This document shows positions 8,957 through 19,121 of a stretch of 32,000 nucleotides of DNA, piece after piece. The notes beneath the pieces were generated by a model. That model was given only the letters and a program-made list of their open reading frames with translations. It ran no database searches and was not told the DNA's origin. Every line of letters starts with the position of its first letter. Position 1 is the stretch's first letter. This stretch comes from Rhodobacter capsulatus SB 1003. GTDB lineage: Bacteria > Pseudomonadota > Alphaproteobacteria > Rhodobacterales > Rhodobacteraceae. The DNA lies in NCBI RefSeq assembly GCF_000021865.1, contig NC_014034.1, positions 2,520,001 through 2,552,000 of the forward strand, read 5' to 3'. A program made the position numbers and the translations under genes.

Positions 8957-9747
8957 CGAACATCCTCGACCGGATCAAGGCCTACAAGCTTGAGGAAGTC
9001 GCCGCGGCAAAGGCCCGGGTGTCTTTCGCCGATCTTGAGGCGCAGGCCCGCGCGCAGGCGCCCTGTCGCGGCTTTGCCGAGGCTTTGCGCAAGAAATCCG
9101 CGCAAGGCTATGGGTTGATTGCGGAAATCAAGAAGGCCTCGCCCTCGAAAGGGCTCATTCGGCCGGATTTCGACCCGCCTGCGCTGGCGCGCGCCTATGA
9201 AGACGGCGGCGCCGCCTGTCTGTCGGTGCTGACCGACACGCCCAGCTTTCAGGGCGCCCCCGACTATCTGATTGCGGCGCGGAACGCCTGCGCCCTGCCC
9301 GCGCTTCGCAAGGATTTCCTTTACGACCCCTATCAGGTCGCCGAGGCCCGCGCCTGGGGCGCCGATTGCATCCTGATCATCATGGCCTCGGTCGAGGATG
9401 CGCTGGCGGTCGAGCTGGAAGCGGCCGCGACCGGCTGGGGCATGGATGTGCTTATCGAGGTGCATGACGGCGCCGAGCTGGACCGGGCGCTAAAATGGCT
9501 GAAATCGCCGCTGCTTGGGGTGAACAACCGCAATCTGAAGACCTTCGAGGTGACGCTCGACGTGACCCGTCAGCTGGCGCCTGTGATCCTGGCCGAGGGG
9601 CGGGAGCTGGTCTGCGAAAGCGGCATCTTCACCCCCGCCGACATGGCGGCGATGGCTGCGGTCGGCGCGCGGCGGTTCCTGATCGGCGAAAGCCTGATGC
9701 GTCAGGCCGATGTCGCCGCGGCCACCCGGGCACTTTTGGCATGCTGA
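8953..9747 (+). CDS. trpC: indole-3-glycerol phosphate synthase
   Basis: 264 aa with [18 protein letters not shown], and RKDFL..YQV..A...GAD motifs typical of IGPS. Confidence 0.95.
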   Translation: MTNILDRIKAYKLEEVAAAKARVSFADLEAQARAQAPCRGFAEALRKKSAQGYGLIAEIKKASPSKGLIRPDFDPPALARAYEDGGAACLSVLTDTPSFQGAPDYLIAARNACALPALRKDFLYDPYQVAEARAWGADCILIIMASVEDALAVELEAAATGWGMDVLIEVHDGAELDRALKWLKSPLLGVNNRNLKTFEVTLDVTRQLAPVILAEGRELVCESGIFTPADMAAMAAVGARRFLIGESLMRQADVAAATRALLAC

Positions 9748-10214
9748 CGCATTTCGACGCCGCGGGCAAAGCCCATATGGTCGATGTCTCGGACAAGCTG
9801 CCGACGACGCGCGTTGCCGTGGCCGAGGGCTGCATCGTGATGGCGCCCGAAACCCTGGCGCTGGTGCTTTCGGGCACGGCGGAAAAGGGCGACGTGCTGG
9901 GGATTGCGCGGGTGGCGGGGATCATGGCGGCGAAAAGGACCGCCGATCTGATCCCGCTTTGTCATCCCCTGGCGCTGTCCAAGGTTTCGGTCGAGCTGAC
10001 CCCCGATCCCGCCCTGCCCGGGGTGCGCATTCAGGCCACGGTAAAGACCACCGGCCCGACCGGGGTGGAGATGGAGGCGCTGACCGCGGTGTCGGGGGCG
10101 GCGCTGACGCTGTACGACATGCTGAAGGCCGCGGAAAAATCGATGCATATCGAGGGGATACGACTTTTGTCGAAAGACGGCGGCAAATCCGGCCCCTATC
10201 GCGCGGCGCCCTGA
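9741..10214 (+). CDS. moaC: cyclic pyranopterin monophosphate synthase MoaC
   Basis: Start ATG 9741 overlaps the trpC stop (ATGCTGA). Translation [38 protein letters not shown] is MoaC-like. The upstream part of ORF 9495.. is the out-of-frame trpC overlap. Confidence 0.9.
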   Translation: MLTHFDAAGKAHMVDVSDKLPTTRVAVAEGCIVMAPETLALVLSGTAEKGDVLGIARVAGIMAAKRTADLIPLCHPLALSKVSVELTPDPALPGVRIQATVKTTGPTGVEMEALTAVSGAALTLYDMLKAAEKSMHIEGIRLLSKDGGKSGPYRAAP

Positions 10215-10277
10215 AACCGGCCCGTTCCTTGCCAGCGCGTTAACGCCACGCCCGGGGCTGTCATTGACACGAAACGG

Positions 10278-10303
10278 GAACGTGGTTAGAACACTTGCGG
10301 AAC
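10278..10303 (+). promoter_or_regulatory. Triple SOS (LexA) box: GAAC-N7-GAAC-N7-GAAC (GTTC-N7-GTTC on the other strand), with a TTGACA -35-like hexamer at 10264-10269
   Basis: GAAC occurs at 10278-81, 10289-92 and 10300-03, each separated by exactly 7 nt, 34 nt upstream of the lexA ATG. The direct repeat GTTC-N7-GTTC is the established LexA operator of Rhodobacter-type alphaproteobacteria. Confidence 0.85.
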
Positions 10304-10336
10304 ACCGGGCGAGGATGCAAGCGGGGGGGCAACCGG

Positions 10337-11053
10337 ATGCTGACGCACAAGCAATTGGAACTTTTGGATTTTATCCAAAAACGCATGGCGCGGGACGGGG
10401 TTCCGCCGTCTTTCGACGAAATGAAGGATGCGCTGGATCTGCGGTCGAAATCCGGGATCCACCGGCTGATCACGGCGCTGGAGGCACGCGGCTTCATCCG
10501 GCGGATGGCGCATCGCGCCCGGGCGCTGGAAATCGTCAAGCTGCCCGAGTCGATGGAACGCGCCGCCGAGGCGGAACGGGGGTTGCAGACGCAACCGGCC
10601 TTCACGCCGACGCTGATCGCGGGCAGCCGGACCGAGCCGCCGCGCGGCGCGCTGCCGGTGGCGGCGGCGGCGCTGGACATTCCGATGATGGGGCGGATCG
10701 CCGCCGGGGTGCCGATCGAGGCGATTGCCGAAGTGGCGCATCACGTCACCGTTCCGGGCGCGATGCTGTCGGGCCGGGGTGAGCATTACGCGCTTGAAGT
10801 CAAAGGCGATTCGATGATCCAGGCGGGGATCAACGATGGCGACATCGTGGTGATCCGCAGCCAGCCCACCGCCGAGAATGGCGATATCGTCGTCGCCCTC
10901 GTCGAGGATCTGGAAGCGACGCTGAAGCGCTATTACCGCCGCGGCGGGATGATCGCGCTGGAAGCCGCGAACCCGGCCTATGAGACGCGGCTTCTGCGCG
11001 AGGATCAGGTGAAGGTGCAGGGCCGTCTGGTCGGGCTGATCCGCAGCTACTGA
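10337..11053 (+). CDS. lexA: LexA repressor
   Basis: [29 protein letters not shown] is the winged-HTH N-terminus. It also has the cleavage-site region [11 protein letters not shown], the catalytic Ser in VKGDSM and the Lys in ATLKRY. Contains the long alphaproteobacterial linker insertion. Confidence 0.95.
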   Translation: MLTHKQLELLDFIQKRMARDGVPPSFDEMKDALDLRSKSGIHRLITALEARGFIRRMAHRARALEIVKLPESMERAAEAERGLQTQPAFTPTLIAGSRTEPPRGALPVAAAALDIPMMGRIAAGVPIEAIAEVAHHVTVPGAMLSGRGEHYALEVKGDSMIQAGINDGDIVVIRSQPTAENGDIVVALVEDLEATLKRYYRRGGMIALEAANPAYETRLLREDQVKVQGRLVGLIRSY

Positions 11054-13224
11054 GCGCCTTCGGGCGGGTCCGGGTCTGGCGCCGTCCGGTCTTCGGGCGG
11101 CGTCTTGCGCTGCGGCGGATCGGTCCAGAGCCTTTGCCCCGCCTCCTCCCGCGCGCGGCGGATCTGCCCCGACACCTCGAAAGAAAGCGCCCCGGTCCGC
11201 GCCAGGCTGCGCCTGTCGTAAAGGCGGCAATCGCCCGTGAAGCCCCTGGGCGCGGCCGTGTCCAGCACCACCAAGGCCCCGTCCCGGCAGGCGTTTTCCA
11301 GATTGTCCAGGGCCGCCTTGCCCGACAGGTGCACCAGCCGCCTGCCCTGCCAATCGGCCTGCCGGACCCCTCTCTTGCCGCTGAACCCCGCCCGTGCCAT
11401 CGCCTCTTTCGGGGTCACGGCATCGCCGTCGGCCTCCAGCCAGCCCTCGGCGGTGAAGCTGGGCGCGGCCTTCGACAGCGCCCGCCCCTCGGGCGTCATC
11501 AGCCCGACAAGCGCGCCCCCGGGCGCGATCAGCAGCGCCGGACGGGGGGCAAGCCCCCAGCCCGCAAAGGCCACGAGCGCGAGCGCCAGCATCGCCGCGC
11601 GGAACGCGCCCCGCGACAGCACCGCCGCCCCGGCCGCAAGCGCCAGCACCGGCAGCACCCAGCCGGGCGGCGCGGGCAGAAAGGTCTGCGCCCCCGCCAG
11701 ACCCGCGACGAAGTCGGCCACGGCCAGCACCCAGTCGGTGCCCAGCCCCATCAGCCAGAGCGCGGGCCCCGCCAGACCCAGCGGCGCCAGAACCGCCGCC
11801 AGCACCCCGGCAGGCATCACCACGATCCCCATCACCGGCACGGCCAGCAGGTTCGCCAGCATGCCGTATTGCGACATCCGCCCGAAATGCGCCGCCGCGA
11901 TCGGCGCCGTCGCCAGCCCCGCGATGAGCGAGGTCAGCACCAGCATGATCACCGGGCGCAGCACGACAGGCAGGCGGTGGTAATGCGCCGCCCAGGGCGC
12001 CGCCATCAGGATCAGCGCCACGGTGGCGGCGAAGGACATCTGGAAACCGGGGCCGGTCAGCGCCTCGGGCCACAGAAACAAAAGGAAAATCGCCGCAAGG
12101 GCCACCGTGTGCAGGCTTAACGCGCGCCGGTCGACAAGGATCGCCAGCAGCATCACCGCCGTCATGATCCAGGCGCGTTGCGTCGCGATATCGCCGCCCG
12201 AAACCCAGAGATATGCGGTCGAAGCCGCCAGCGCGACGGCGGCGGCGATCTTTTTCGTCGGCCAGATCAGCGCGAAAGGCCCGATCAGCGCCAGCCCCCA
12301 GCGCAGCGCGCCGAACACGAACCCGGCCAGCATCCCCATGTGCAGCCCGGAAATCGAGACGATATGGTAAAGGTTCGAGGCCCGCAGCGTGGCATTCGTC
12401 GCCTCGGAAATGCCGGAGCGGTCGCCCGTCATCAGGGCCGCCGCCACCGCCCCCGCCTGACCGCCGATCCGGTCCTGCATCGCCGCGGAAAGCCGCATCC
12501 GCGCCCGATGCGCCGCCAGCCCCCAATCCTGTTCCGGCGGCGCGATCACCACCACCGGGCTCCGGGTGTAGCCCAAGGCGCCCAGCCCCGAAAACCAGGC
12601 GTTGCGACGAAAATCCCAGGCGCCGGGGGCGATCGGCTCGGCCGGGGGGCTCAGATGCGCGGTCGTGGCGACGCGCAGCCCCGGTTCCGGCGCAAGGCCG
12701 GTGCTCTCGCCATGCAGCGCGATGCGGACCCTGGCGGGCAGGATCTCGGGCGCGACCCGGGTCAGCCGCACCTGATCAAGCGTGAGCCGGATCACGTCGC
12801 GCGCCGAACGGTCGATGCCGATGATCCGCCCCTCGACCGGGCCGTAATAGTTGAAGGGCAGCACCGGGGCGGCGACGGAATGGGCACGCCAACTGGCGGC
12901 CAGAAGCCCCAGCGCCGCCATCAGAACCAGCGTCGCGGGCAGGTGCAGAAAGCCCGGGCCGCGCCGCCACACCCCCACCGCGCCCACGATGACCGCAACT
13001 GCCGCGGCCAGCACGGGCACGCCCGGCTCGAAAGGCAGCGCGAAATAAACCCCGACGCCCGTGCCAAGGCCCAGCGGCGCCCAAAGCACCCAGTCCAGCT
13101 GCGCCCGATCGAGCGCCGCCAAAGGATCGGCCAAGCCCCGCCAGAGCCCGGAAAACCGGCGCCGGATCCCGTCCCGATGCACCGCCGATGCCTGCGCCAC
13201 TTGTCCTGTCGCCCCCTCCTGCAT
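11047..13224 (-). CDS. comEC: ComEC/Rec2-family DNA internalisation channel protein
   Basis: About 725 aa and polytopic. Competence-domain signature [17 protein letters not shown] and many TM helices. Start ATG 13224 (alternative TTG 13239). No HxHxDH metallo-beta-lactamase motif is visible in the C-terminal region. The 3' end overlaps the lexA 3' end by 7 nt. Confidence 0.85.
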   Translation of the reverse strand: MQEGATGQVAQASAVHRDGIRRRFSGLWRGLADPLAALDRAQLDWVLWAPLGLGTGVGVYFALPFEPGVPVLAAAVAVIVGAVGVWRRGPGFLHLPATLVLMAALGLLAASWRAHSVAAPVLPFNYYGPVEGRIIGIDRSARDVIRLTLDQVRLTRVAPEILPARVRIALHGESTGLAPEPGLRVATTAHLSPPAEPIAPGAWDFRRNAWFSGLGALGYTRSPVVVIAPPEQDWGLAAHRARMRLSAAMQDRIGGQAGAVAAALMTGDRSGISEATNATLRASNLYHIVSISGLHMGMLAGFVFGALRWGLALIGPFALIWPTKKIAAAVALAASTAYLWVSGGDIATQRAWIMTAVMLLAILVDRRALSLHTVALAAIFLLFLWPEALTGPGFQMSFAATVALILMAAPWAAHYHRLPVVLRPVIMLVLTSLIAGLATAPIAAAHFGRMSQYGMLANLLAVPVMGIVVMPAGVLAAVLAPLGLAGPALWLMGLGTDWVLAVADFVAGLAGAQTFLPAPPGWVLPVLALAAGAAVLSRGAFRAAMLALALVAFAGWGLAPRPALLIAPGGALVGLMTPEGRALSKAAPSFTAEGWLEADGDAVTPKEAMARAGFSGKRGVRQADWQGRRLVHLSGKAALDNLENACRDGALVVLDTAAPRGFTGDCRLYDRRSLARTGALSFEVSGQIRRAREEAGQRLWTDPPQRKTPPEDRTAPDPDPPEGAQ

Positions 13225-13318
13225 TAGAGAAACGCTCAAGCTAGCCTACGGGCATCATGGTTTCCAAAAGGTTAAAACGCGGTCTCCGGCAGCCCCGGCG
13301 CCCGCAAGAAAGGCCGCA

Positions 13319-14719
13319 ATGTCGCAAAAGATCGTCACCCGCTTCGCCCCCTCGCCCACCGGCTACCTGCATATCGGCGGCGCCCGGACGGCGCTTTTCA
13401 ACTGGCTCTTTGCCCGCGGCCATGGCGGCACCTTCCTGCTCAGGATCGAGGATACCGACCGTGCCCGCTCGACCCCCGCGGCGACGGCGGCGATCCTCAA
13501 GGGGCTTGACTGGCTTGGCCTGGATTATGACGGCGAGGTGGTGAGCCAGTTCGACCGGGCCCCCCGCCATGCCGAAGTCGCGCGCGAGATGCTGGCCCGC
13601 GGCGCCGCCTACAAGTGTTTCGCCACCCAGGAGGAAATCGAAGCCTTCCGCGAGGCGGCAAGGGCCGAGGGGCGCTCGACGCTGTTCCAGTCGCCCTGGC
13701 GCGACGCCGACCCCGCGACGCATCCGGATGCGCCCTATGCGATCCGGCTGAAGGCCCCGCGCGAGGGTGCGACGGTGATCGCCGACAAGGTGCAGGGCGA
13801 GGTGACGGTGCGGAACGACCAGCTCGACGATATGGTTTGTTTACGCTCGGATGGTACACCGACCTATATGCTTGCCGTTGTCGTCGATGACCACGACATG
13901 GGCGTCACCCACATCATCCGGGGCGACGACCATCTGATCAACGCGGCGCGGCAGATGCAGGTGTATCACGCGATGGGCTGGGAGGTGCCGGTGTTCGCGC
14001 ATATCCCGCTTATCCACGGGCCTGACGGCAAGAAACTGTCCAAGCGTCACGGCGCGGTGGGTTTGGAAGAATATCAGGCCATGGGCTATCCGGCCGCGGG
14101 CATGCGCAACTATCTGGCGCGGCTGGGCTGGAGCCATGGCGATGACGAGGTCTTCACCGACGCGCAGGCGCAGGAATGGTTCGAGCTGGAGGGAATCGGC
14201 CGCGCGCCCTCGCGGCTCGACTTCAAGAAGCTCGAAAATGTCTGCGGCCATCACATGGGCCAGATCGCCGATGACGATCTGATCGCCCAGATTTCGGGCT
14301 ATCTGGAGGCGGCCAAGCTGCCCGCCCTGACCGGGACGCAATTGGCGGCTTTGCACAAGGCCCTGCCCGTGGTGAAATCGGGGGCGAAGACCTTTGGTCA
14401 ACTGCTGGAAAAGGCGCGCTTCGCGCTGATCTGCCGTCCCGTCGAGATCGACGCGAAGGCGATGGCGGCGCTTGATCCGGTATCCCGTGGTATACTGAAA
14501 GAATTGACGCCGCAGCTGCAAAATGCTAGCTGGGTGCGTGAGGAGCTCGAAAGCGTGGTCGCGCGGGTGGCCGAGGCGCATGGACTGGGCCTTGGCAAGA
14601 TCGCGGCGCCGCTGCGCGCCGCGCTGGCGGGACGGGCGGCAACGCCCTCGGTCTTCGACATGATGGAATTGCTGGGCCGCGAGGAAGTGCTGGCCCGGCT
14701 GAGCGATCAGGCGGCCTGA
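13319..14719 (+). CDS. gltX: glutamate--tRNA ligase
   Basis: Start ATG 13319 gives [29 protein letters not shown] (HIGH motif). KKLSKRHGA is the KMSKS motif. The upstream in-frame stretch of ORF 13061.. is Arg/Ser-rich non-coding read-through. Confidence 0.95.
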   Translation: MSQKIVTRFAPSPTGYLHIGGARTALFNWLFARGHGGTFLLRIEDTDRARSTPAATAAILKGLDWLGLDYDGEVVSQFDRAPRHAEVAREMLARGAAYKCFATQEEIEAFREAARAEGRSTLFQSPWRDADPATHPDAPYAIRLKAPREGATVIADKVQGEVTVRNDQLDDMVCLRSDGTPTYMLAVVVDDHDMGVTHIIRGDDHLINAARQMQVYHAMGWEVPVFAHIPLIHGPDGKKLSKRHGAVGLEEYQAMGYPAAGMRNYLARLGWSHGDDEVFTDAQAQEWFELEGIGRAPSRLDFKKLENVCGHHMGQIADDDLIAQISGYLEAAKLPALTGTQLAALHKALPVVKSGAKTFGQLLEKARFALICRPVEIDAKAMAALDPVSRGILKELTPQLQNASWVREELESVVARVAEAHGLGLGKIAAPLRAALAGRAATPSVFDMMELLGREEVLARLSDQAA

Positions 14720-14820
14720 GGCCCGGCCGCCCTCTCCCGCAGCCGGTTCGTCGGGAACCGGCGCGCGGGAACCGGGAAGGATGCACCGGCGTGGCCCGCC
14801 GGACCAATGGAGAGGGAACC

Positions 14821-16116
14821 ATGGCTGAAACGAAACGCACGGCAACGCTGACGCTTGACGGCAAGACCTATGATCTGCCGGTGCTGTCGCCCTCGGTGGG
14901 GCCGGATGTGCTCGACATCCGCAAGCTTTATGCGCAGGCCGACGTCTTCACCTTCGACCCCGGCTTCACCTCGACGGCGGCCTGCGAATCGGAAATCACC
15001 TATATCGACGGCGACAAGGGTGAGCTTCTCTACCGCGGCTATCCGATCGAGCAACTGGCCGAAAAGTCGCATTACCTGGAAGTCTGCTACCTGCTTCTGA
15101 ACGGCGAACTGCCGACCGAAAAGCAGATGACCGATTTCGAGTTCCGGATCACCCGGCACACGATGCTGCACGAACAGATCCACATGTTCTTCCGCGGCTT
15201 CCGTCGCGACAGCCACCCGATGGCGACGATGGTGGGTGTGGTCGGCGCGATGTCGGCCTTCTATCACGACAGCTTGGACATCAACGACCCCTGGCAGCGC
15301 GAAGTGGCCGCGATGCGGATGATCGCGAAACTGCCGACGATCGCCGCGATGGCCTATAAATATTCGATCGGCCAGCCCTTCGTCTATCCGCGCAACGATC
15401 TCGATTACGCGGCGAACTTCCTGCACATGTGCTTCTCGGTCCCGGCCGAACCCTATGTGGTGAAACCGGAACTGGCGAAGGCCATGGACCGGATCATGAT
15501 GCTGCATGCCGATCACGAACAGAACGCCTCGACCTCGACGGTGCGTCTGGCGGGCTCTTCGGGGGCGAACCCCTTTGCCTGCGTCGCGGCCGGGATCGCC
15601 TGCCTTTGGGGCCCGGCGCATGGCGGGGCGAACCAGGCCTGTCTGGAAATGCTGCGCGAAATCGGCTCGGTCGACCGGATCCCGGAATTCATCGCCCGGG
15701 CCAAGGACAAGAACGATCCCTTCCGCCTGATGGGCTTTGGCCACCGCGTCTACAAGAACTTCGACCCGCGCGCCAAGGTGATGAAGGAATCGGCCGACGA
15801 GGTGCTTGACCTGCTCGGCATCCACGACAACCCGATCCTGCAGGTCGCCAAGGAACTGGAACGGATCGCGCTCGAGGACGATTACTTCGTCTCGAAGAAG
15901 CTTTACCCGAATGTCGACTTCTATTCGGGCATCATCCTTGAAGCGATGGGCTTCCCGACCTCGATGTTCACCCCGATCTTCGCGCTCTCGCGCACGGTGG
16001 GCTGGATTTCGCAATGGAAGGAAATGCTCGGCGATCCGACCGGCAAGATCGGCCGTCCGCGTCAGCTTTACACCGGCCATGTCGCCCGCGATTACGTCCC
16101 GGTGCCGAGCCGCTGA
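14821..16116 (+). CDS. gltA: citrate synthase (type II)
   Basis: GGAGAGGGA SD before ATG 14821. Contains [24 protein letters not shown] and DFYSGII motifs. 431 aa. Confidence 0.95.
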   Translation: MAETKRTATLTLDGKTYDLPVLSPSVGPDVLDIRKLYAQADVFTFDPGFTSTAACESEITYIDGDKGELLYRGYPIEQLAEKSHYLEVCYLLLNGELPTEKQMTDFEFRITRHTMLHEQIHMFFRGFRRDSHPMATMVGVVGAMSAFYHDSLDINDPWQREVAAMRMIAKLPTIAAMAYKYSIGQPFVYPRNDLDYAANFLHMCFSVPAEPYVVKPELAKAMDRIMMLHADHEQNASTSTVRLAGSSGANPFACVAAGIACLWGPAHGGANQACLEMLREIGSVDRIPEFIARAKDKNDPFRLMGFGHRVYKNFDPRAKVMKESADEVLDLLGIHDNPILQVAKELERIALEDDYFVSKKLYPNVDFYSGIILEAMGFPTSMFTPIFALSRTVGWISQWKEMLGDPTGKIGRPRQLYTGHVARDYVPVPSR

Positions 16117-16138
16117 GCGACCTCGGAACGAAACGACC

Positions 16139-16168
16139 AAGGCCGGGGGGAACCCCGGCCTTTTTCTT
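16139..16168. terminator. Bidirectional intrinsic terminator between convergent gltA and the opgG-like gene
   Basis: GGCCGGGG (16141-48), loop GGAA, CCCCGGCC (16153-60), followed by TTTTTCTT on the + strand. On the - strand the same stem is followed by TTGGTCGTTTCGTT. Confidence 0.8.
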
Positions 16169-16178
16169 GCCGCCGCTC

Positions 16179-17765
16179 TCAGCGCAGCTTTTCGATCCGG
16201 TCGGGATGCAGCGGCGCGGCCCAGGTCTCGCTCAGCGCGCGACCGCCGCGGCTCAGCCCCGCCAGAAGATCGACCGTGCCGGTGCCCGGCGGCGATTTCA
16301 CGTCGAAGACCAGCCGCCAGCGGGTGCTGCCCCGGATCGGATGGGCAAAGGGATTGATGATCTCGACCCCTTGCGGCGCGGTGATCTCCGGCGTCACGCC
16401 GTCGGCCTCGCCCAGACCGGCCAGGGCCGGGCCCTCGAAATCGAGCACGACCTTGATCTGATCGCGCGGCCGTTTCACCCCGGCATTGCCGCCCATGCCG
16501 ATCCGGCTGGCCACCACCTGCGCCAGATCGCCTTGCGGCGGCACCCGGTCAACCCAGTGCAGCCTGTAATCGAAGCGCAGCTCCTGCCCCGGGGCGGGCA
16601 GGGTCTCGGGCGTCCAGAAGGCGACGATATTGTCGTAGATCTCGTCATGCGTCGGCAGCTCGACCAGCGTCACCGCCCCCCGCCCCCAATCCGAGACAGG
16701 TTCGACCCAGACCGTCGGACGGCGGTCATACCAGACGCCATCATCCTGATAATGCTCGAAATTGCGGTCGCGCTGCACCAGGCCGAAGCCCTTTGGCGCA
16801 GGCCCCGCAAAGCGCGTGGTGACGATGTCGCCGGGCGTATCGAGCGCGCGCCAGACCGGCGTTCCCGTCGCGGGGGCGATCAGCAACCCGTCGCTGTCAT
16901 GCACCTCGGGGCGCCAGTCCAGCGCGTGCCAGCGGTTCGTTTCGGAATACCAGAACATCGAGGTCAGCGGCGCCAGCCCCAGCCGCGCCACCGGCTTGCG
17001 CAGGTAGATCCGGCTTTCGACCGCCATCACCTGCCCCTGCCCGGGGGTGTTGGTGATCGCCATGCGCCAGACCCCGGCCAGGCTGCGCCCCTCGACCAGC
17101 GCGGTGACGACCGCCTGCCCCCCGGCGCCTTCCTCCAGATAGACCTCGGTGAAGCGGGGGAATTCCTCGCCCGAGGGCAGGCCGGTATCGACGGCGATGG
17201 CGCGGGCCGAGAGGCCGAACTGACCCAGCGCCCCCTCGGTGCGGAAATAGGTGGCGCCGAGGAAGGAAATCCAGTCGCCCGACAGATCCGGGCGGAGGAT
17301 CCGAAAGCCCGCAAAACCGGCATCGGCGGTCAGATCGCGGGCGGGGCTGTCCTTGGGCATGTCGAACAGAGCGGGGGCATAAAGCACCTCGCGCGCCTGC
17401 CCGTTCGCAACGGCGAACATCTTCACCGGCTGGCGGAAATAGGTGCCCAGATGGAAGAACTGCACGGGCACGGCGCCCAGCTGCAGCGTCTTGTCCTTGC
17501 GGTAGCGGATCTGCCTATGCGCGTCGTAATCGATGCGCTCCAGCACCTCGGGCTGGCGCGGCGGCGCGGGCACATAGGGCGCGCGGGCGATGGCGGCGGC
17601 GCGGGCGGCCAGCGCATCAAGGCTGAAGGGCGCGGGCGCGGCAAGGCCCGGCCCCGCCGCCGAAGTCTGGGCCAAAGTCTGGGCCGGGGTCTCGGCCGGG
17701 CATAAAGCGGGGGCCAGCAGGGCAAGGGCCGCGGTGGCCGCGAAAACAAGGGGGCGCAGGGTCAT
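16179..17765 (-). CDS. periplasmic glucan biosynthesis protein, MdoG/OpgG family
   Basis: 528 aa. AAGGAG SD. Sec-type signal peptide MTLRPLVFAATAALALLAPALC. Conserved OpgG/OpgD blocks IDYDAHRQIRYRKD, FAGFRIL..DWISFLGATYFR, GLSARAIAVDTG and EEFPRFTEVYLE. No opgH is adjacent. Confidence 0.85.
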   Translation of the reverse strand: MTLRPLVFAATAALALLAPALCPAETPAQTLAQTSAAGPGLAAPAPFSLDALAARAAAIARAPYVPAPPRQPEVLERIDYDAHRQIRYRKDKTLQLGAVPVQFFHLGTYFRQPVKMFAVANGQAREVLYAPALFDMPKDSPARDLTADAGFAGFRILRPDLSGDWISFLGATYFRTEGALGQFGLSARAIAVDTGLPSGEEFPRFTEVYLEEGAGGQAVVTALVEGRSLAGVWRMAITNTPGQGQVMAVESRIYLRKPVARLGLAPLTSMFWYSETNRWHALDWRPEVHDSDGLLIAPATGTPVWRALDTPGDIVTTRFAGPAPKGFGLVQRDRNFEHYQDDGVWYDRRPTVWVEPVSDWGRGAVTLVELPTHDEIYDNIVAFWTPETLPAPGQELRFDYRLHWVDRVPPQGDLAQVVASRIGMGGNAGVKRPRDQIKVVLDFEGPALAGLGEADGVTPEITAPQGVEIINPFAHPIRGSTRWRLVFDVKSPPGTGTVDLLAGLSRGGRALSETWAAPLHPDRIEKLR

Positions 17766-17822
17766 GGCGGGCTCCTTCGCGCAGGGGACTGCGGCAGGGA
17801 AAGACAGGAAAACCGCCCGCGA

Positions 17823-19007
17823 TCAAGGGGTTTGACGCGGACCCAGGAAAGCGGGCGCAGAGCTGAGCGCGAAAAGCGCAAAAGCCAGCACCCAGAGCGC
17901 CGCCGCGCTCAGCATCGCCGCGACATAGGTTTCCGGCCAGGTGGCGGCGGCGAACCGCGCCAGCGCCGCCAGCGGCAGCAGCAGATAGGCCAGCACCACC
18001 GGCCGCGGCGCCACCAGCGCCCGCCCGGTCTGCGCCAGCGTCGCGCGGCTCATCACCGCCAGGATCATCCCGCCCACCCCCGCAATCGCGCTGACATGCA
18101 GCGCGCCGATCTCCTCGCCCCGGCCAAAGGCGGCAAAGCCCTGCAGCAGCGCGCCGATCCCGGTGCCCAGCATCGCCAGATGCAGCGCCGCCAGCAGCGG
18201 ATTGCCCAGCACCTTCCGGCTGCGCCAAAAGCCCATCCGGGCCAGCTGCCCGGCCCCGAGCGCCAGGGCCGCCGCCCCCGCAAGCGCCCCGGACAGCGGG
18301 AAAACGGCCGCCAGCGCCGCCAGACAGGCGCAACCGGCGACGCTCCGGTCCAGCCAGGGGAAACTGCGTGGCAGCGCCGCGGGCGGCGCCCCGGCCCGGG
18401 CCAGCGCATTGCGGGTGAATTGCGGCGTGATCCGCCCGCCCAGCACCGCGACCAGCGCGACCAGCGCCGCCAGCCCGCCGCGCAGCCCCGCCGCCGCATC
18501 GCCGGGCGGCAGGTCGAGCCAGTCCAGCAGCACCCGCGCCTCGGCCAGCGTGATCAGCCCCAGAAGCGCCAGATACAGCCCCTCGCTCGAGGCCGGACGG
18601 CGGATCAGCTGCCGCGCCATCCGTTCGGTCAGAAGCGCCGGGAAGGCAAGGACCACCCCGGCGGCCAGAACCGGCGGCACGCTGCCCCAGAGCAGCACCG
18701 CCCCCCGGCCCGCCAGCCAAAGCCCCGCCATCAGCGCGATGAACCGCGGCCCGGCCACCGGCTTGCCGGTCCAGTTCGGCGCCGCGGTCAGGAAAAATCC
18801 CGCCGTCGCCGCCATGCCGAAGCCGAAGATCAGCTCATGCGCGTGCCAATGGGACGGCGCCAGCGCATTGGGCAGATCGCCCCCCGGCCCGATCTGGTTT
18901 TGCCACAGCCACCAAAGCCAAAGCGCCATCGCCGCCGCCGCCCAGAGGGAGGCGAGCAGGAAAAAGACGCGAAACGAGTCGGACAACAGGCGAAGAAGGG
19001 CGGTCAT
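17823..19007 (-). CDS. nnrS: NnrS family membrane protein (haem/copper protein of NO-response regulons)
   Basis: Start ATG 19007 (GGAG 6 nt upstream) gives MTALLRLLSDSFRVFFLLASLWA. Contains HWHAHELIFGFGMAATAGFFLTAAPNWTG and about 12 predicted TM helices, the NnrS hallmark. The ORF track extends 24 codons further upstream. Confidence 0.85.
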   Translation of the reverse strand: MTALLRLLSDSFRVFFLLASLWAAAAMALWLWWLWQNQIGPGGDLPNALAPSHWHAHELIFGFGMAATAGFFLTAAPNWTGKPVAGPRFIALMAGLWLAGRGAVLLWGSVPPVLAAGVVLAFPALLTERMARQLIRRPASSEGLYLALLGLITLAEARVLLDWLDLPPGDAAAGLRGGLAALVALVAVLGGRITPQFTRNALARAGAPPAALPRSFPWLDRSVAGCACLAALAAVFPLSGALAGAAALALGAGQLARMGFWRSRKVLGNPLLAALHLAMLGTGIGALLQGFAAFGRGEEIGALHVSAIAGVGGMILAVMSRATLAQTGRALVAPRPVVLAYLLLPLAALARFAAATWPETYVAAMLSAAALWVLAFALFALSSAPAFLGPRQTP

Positions 19008-19121
19008 CGGCGCTCCGGCAGCGGGGATGTCCGGGTGGTGGCGCCCGGCCGCCGGGCTGTCAAGGTGGGGATGCGCCAAAACCCCGGTGCAGGGGGCTTG
19101 CGGCGCCGTGCCGGGGGGGGG

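Noticed and set aside
10286-13227. ORFs 10286..12526 (-), 11134..12120 (+) and 12178..13227 (+) across lexA/comEC
   Set aside because: These are alternative-frame or antisense shadows. The comEC frame gives a coherent polytopic membrane protein with the competence-domain signature, and these frames do not.
14740-14785. GTTC-N5-GAAC and the direct repeat GGGAACCGG-N6-GGGAACCGG in the gltX-gltA spacer, considered as SOS boxes
   Set aside because: The spacing between GAAC units is 10 or 5 nt, not the 7 nt of the alphaproteobacterial LexA operator. gltA is also not an expected SOS gene.
19095-19112. TTGCG-GCGC-CGTGC upstream of nnrS, considered as an NnrR/FNR-type box
   Set aside because: Only one half-site (TTGCG/CGCAA) matches, and the partner half has 2 of 5 matches. 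That is not convincing without comparative data.
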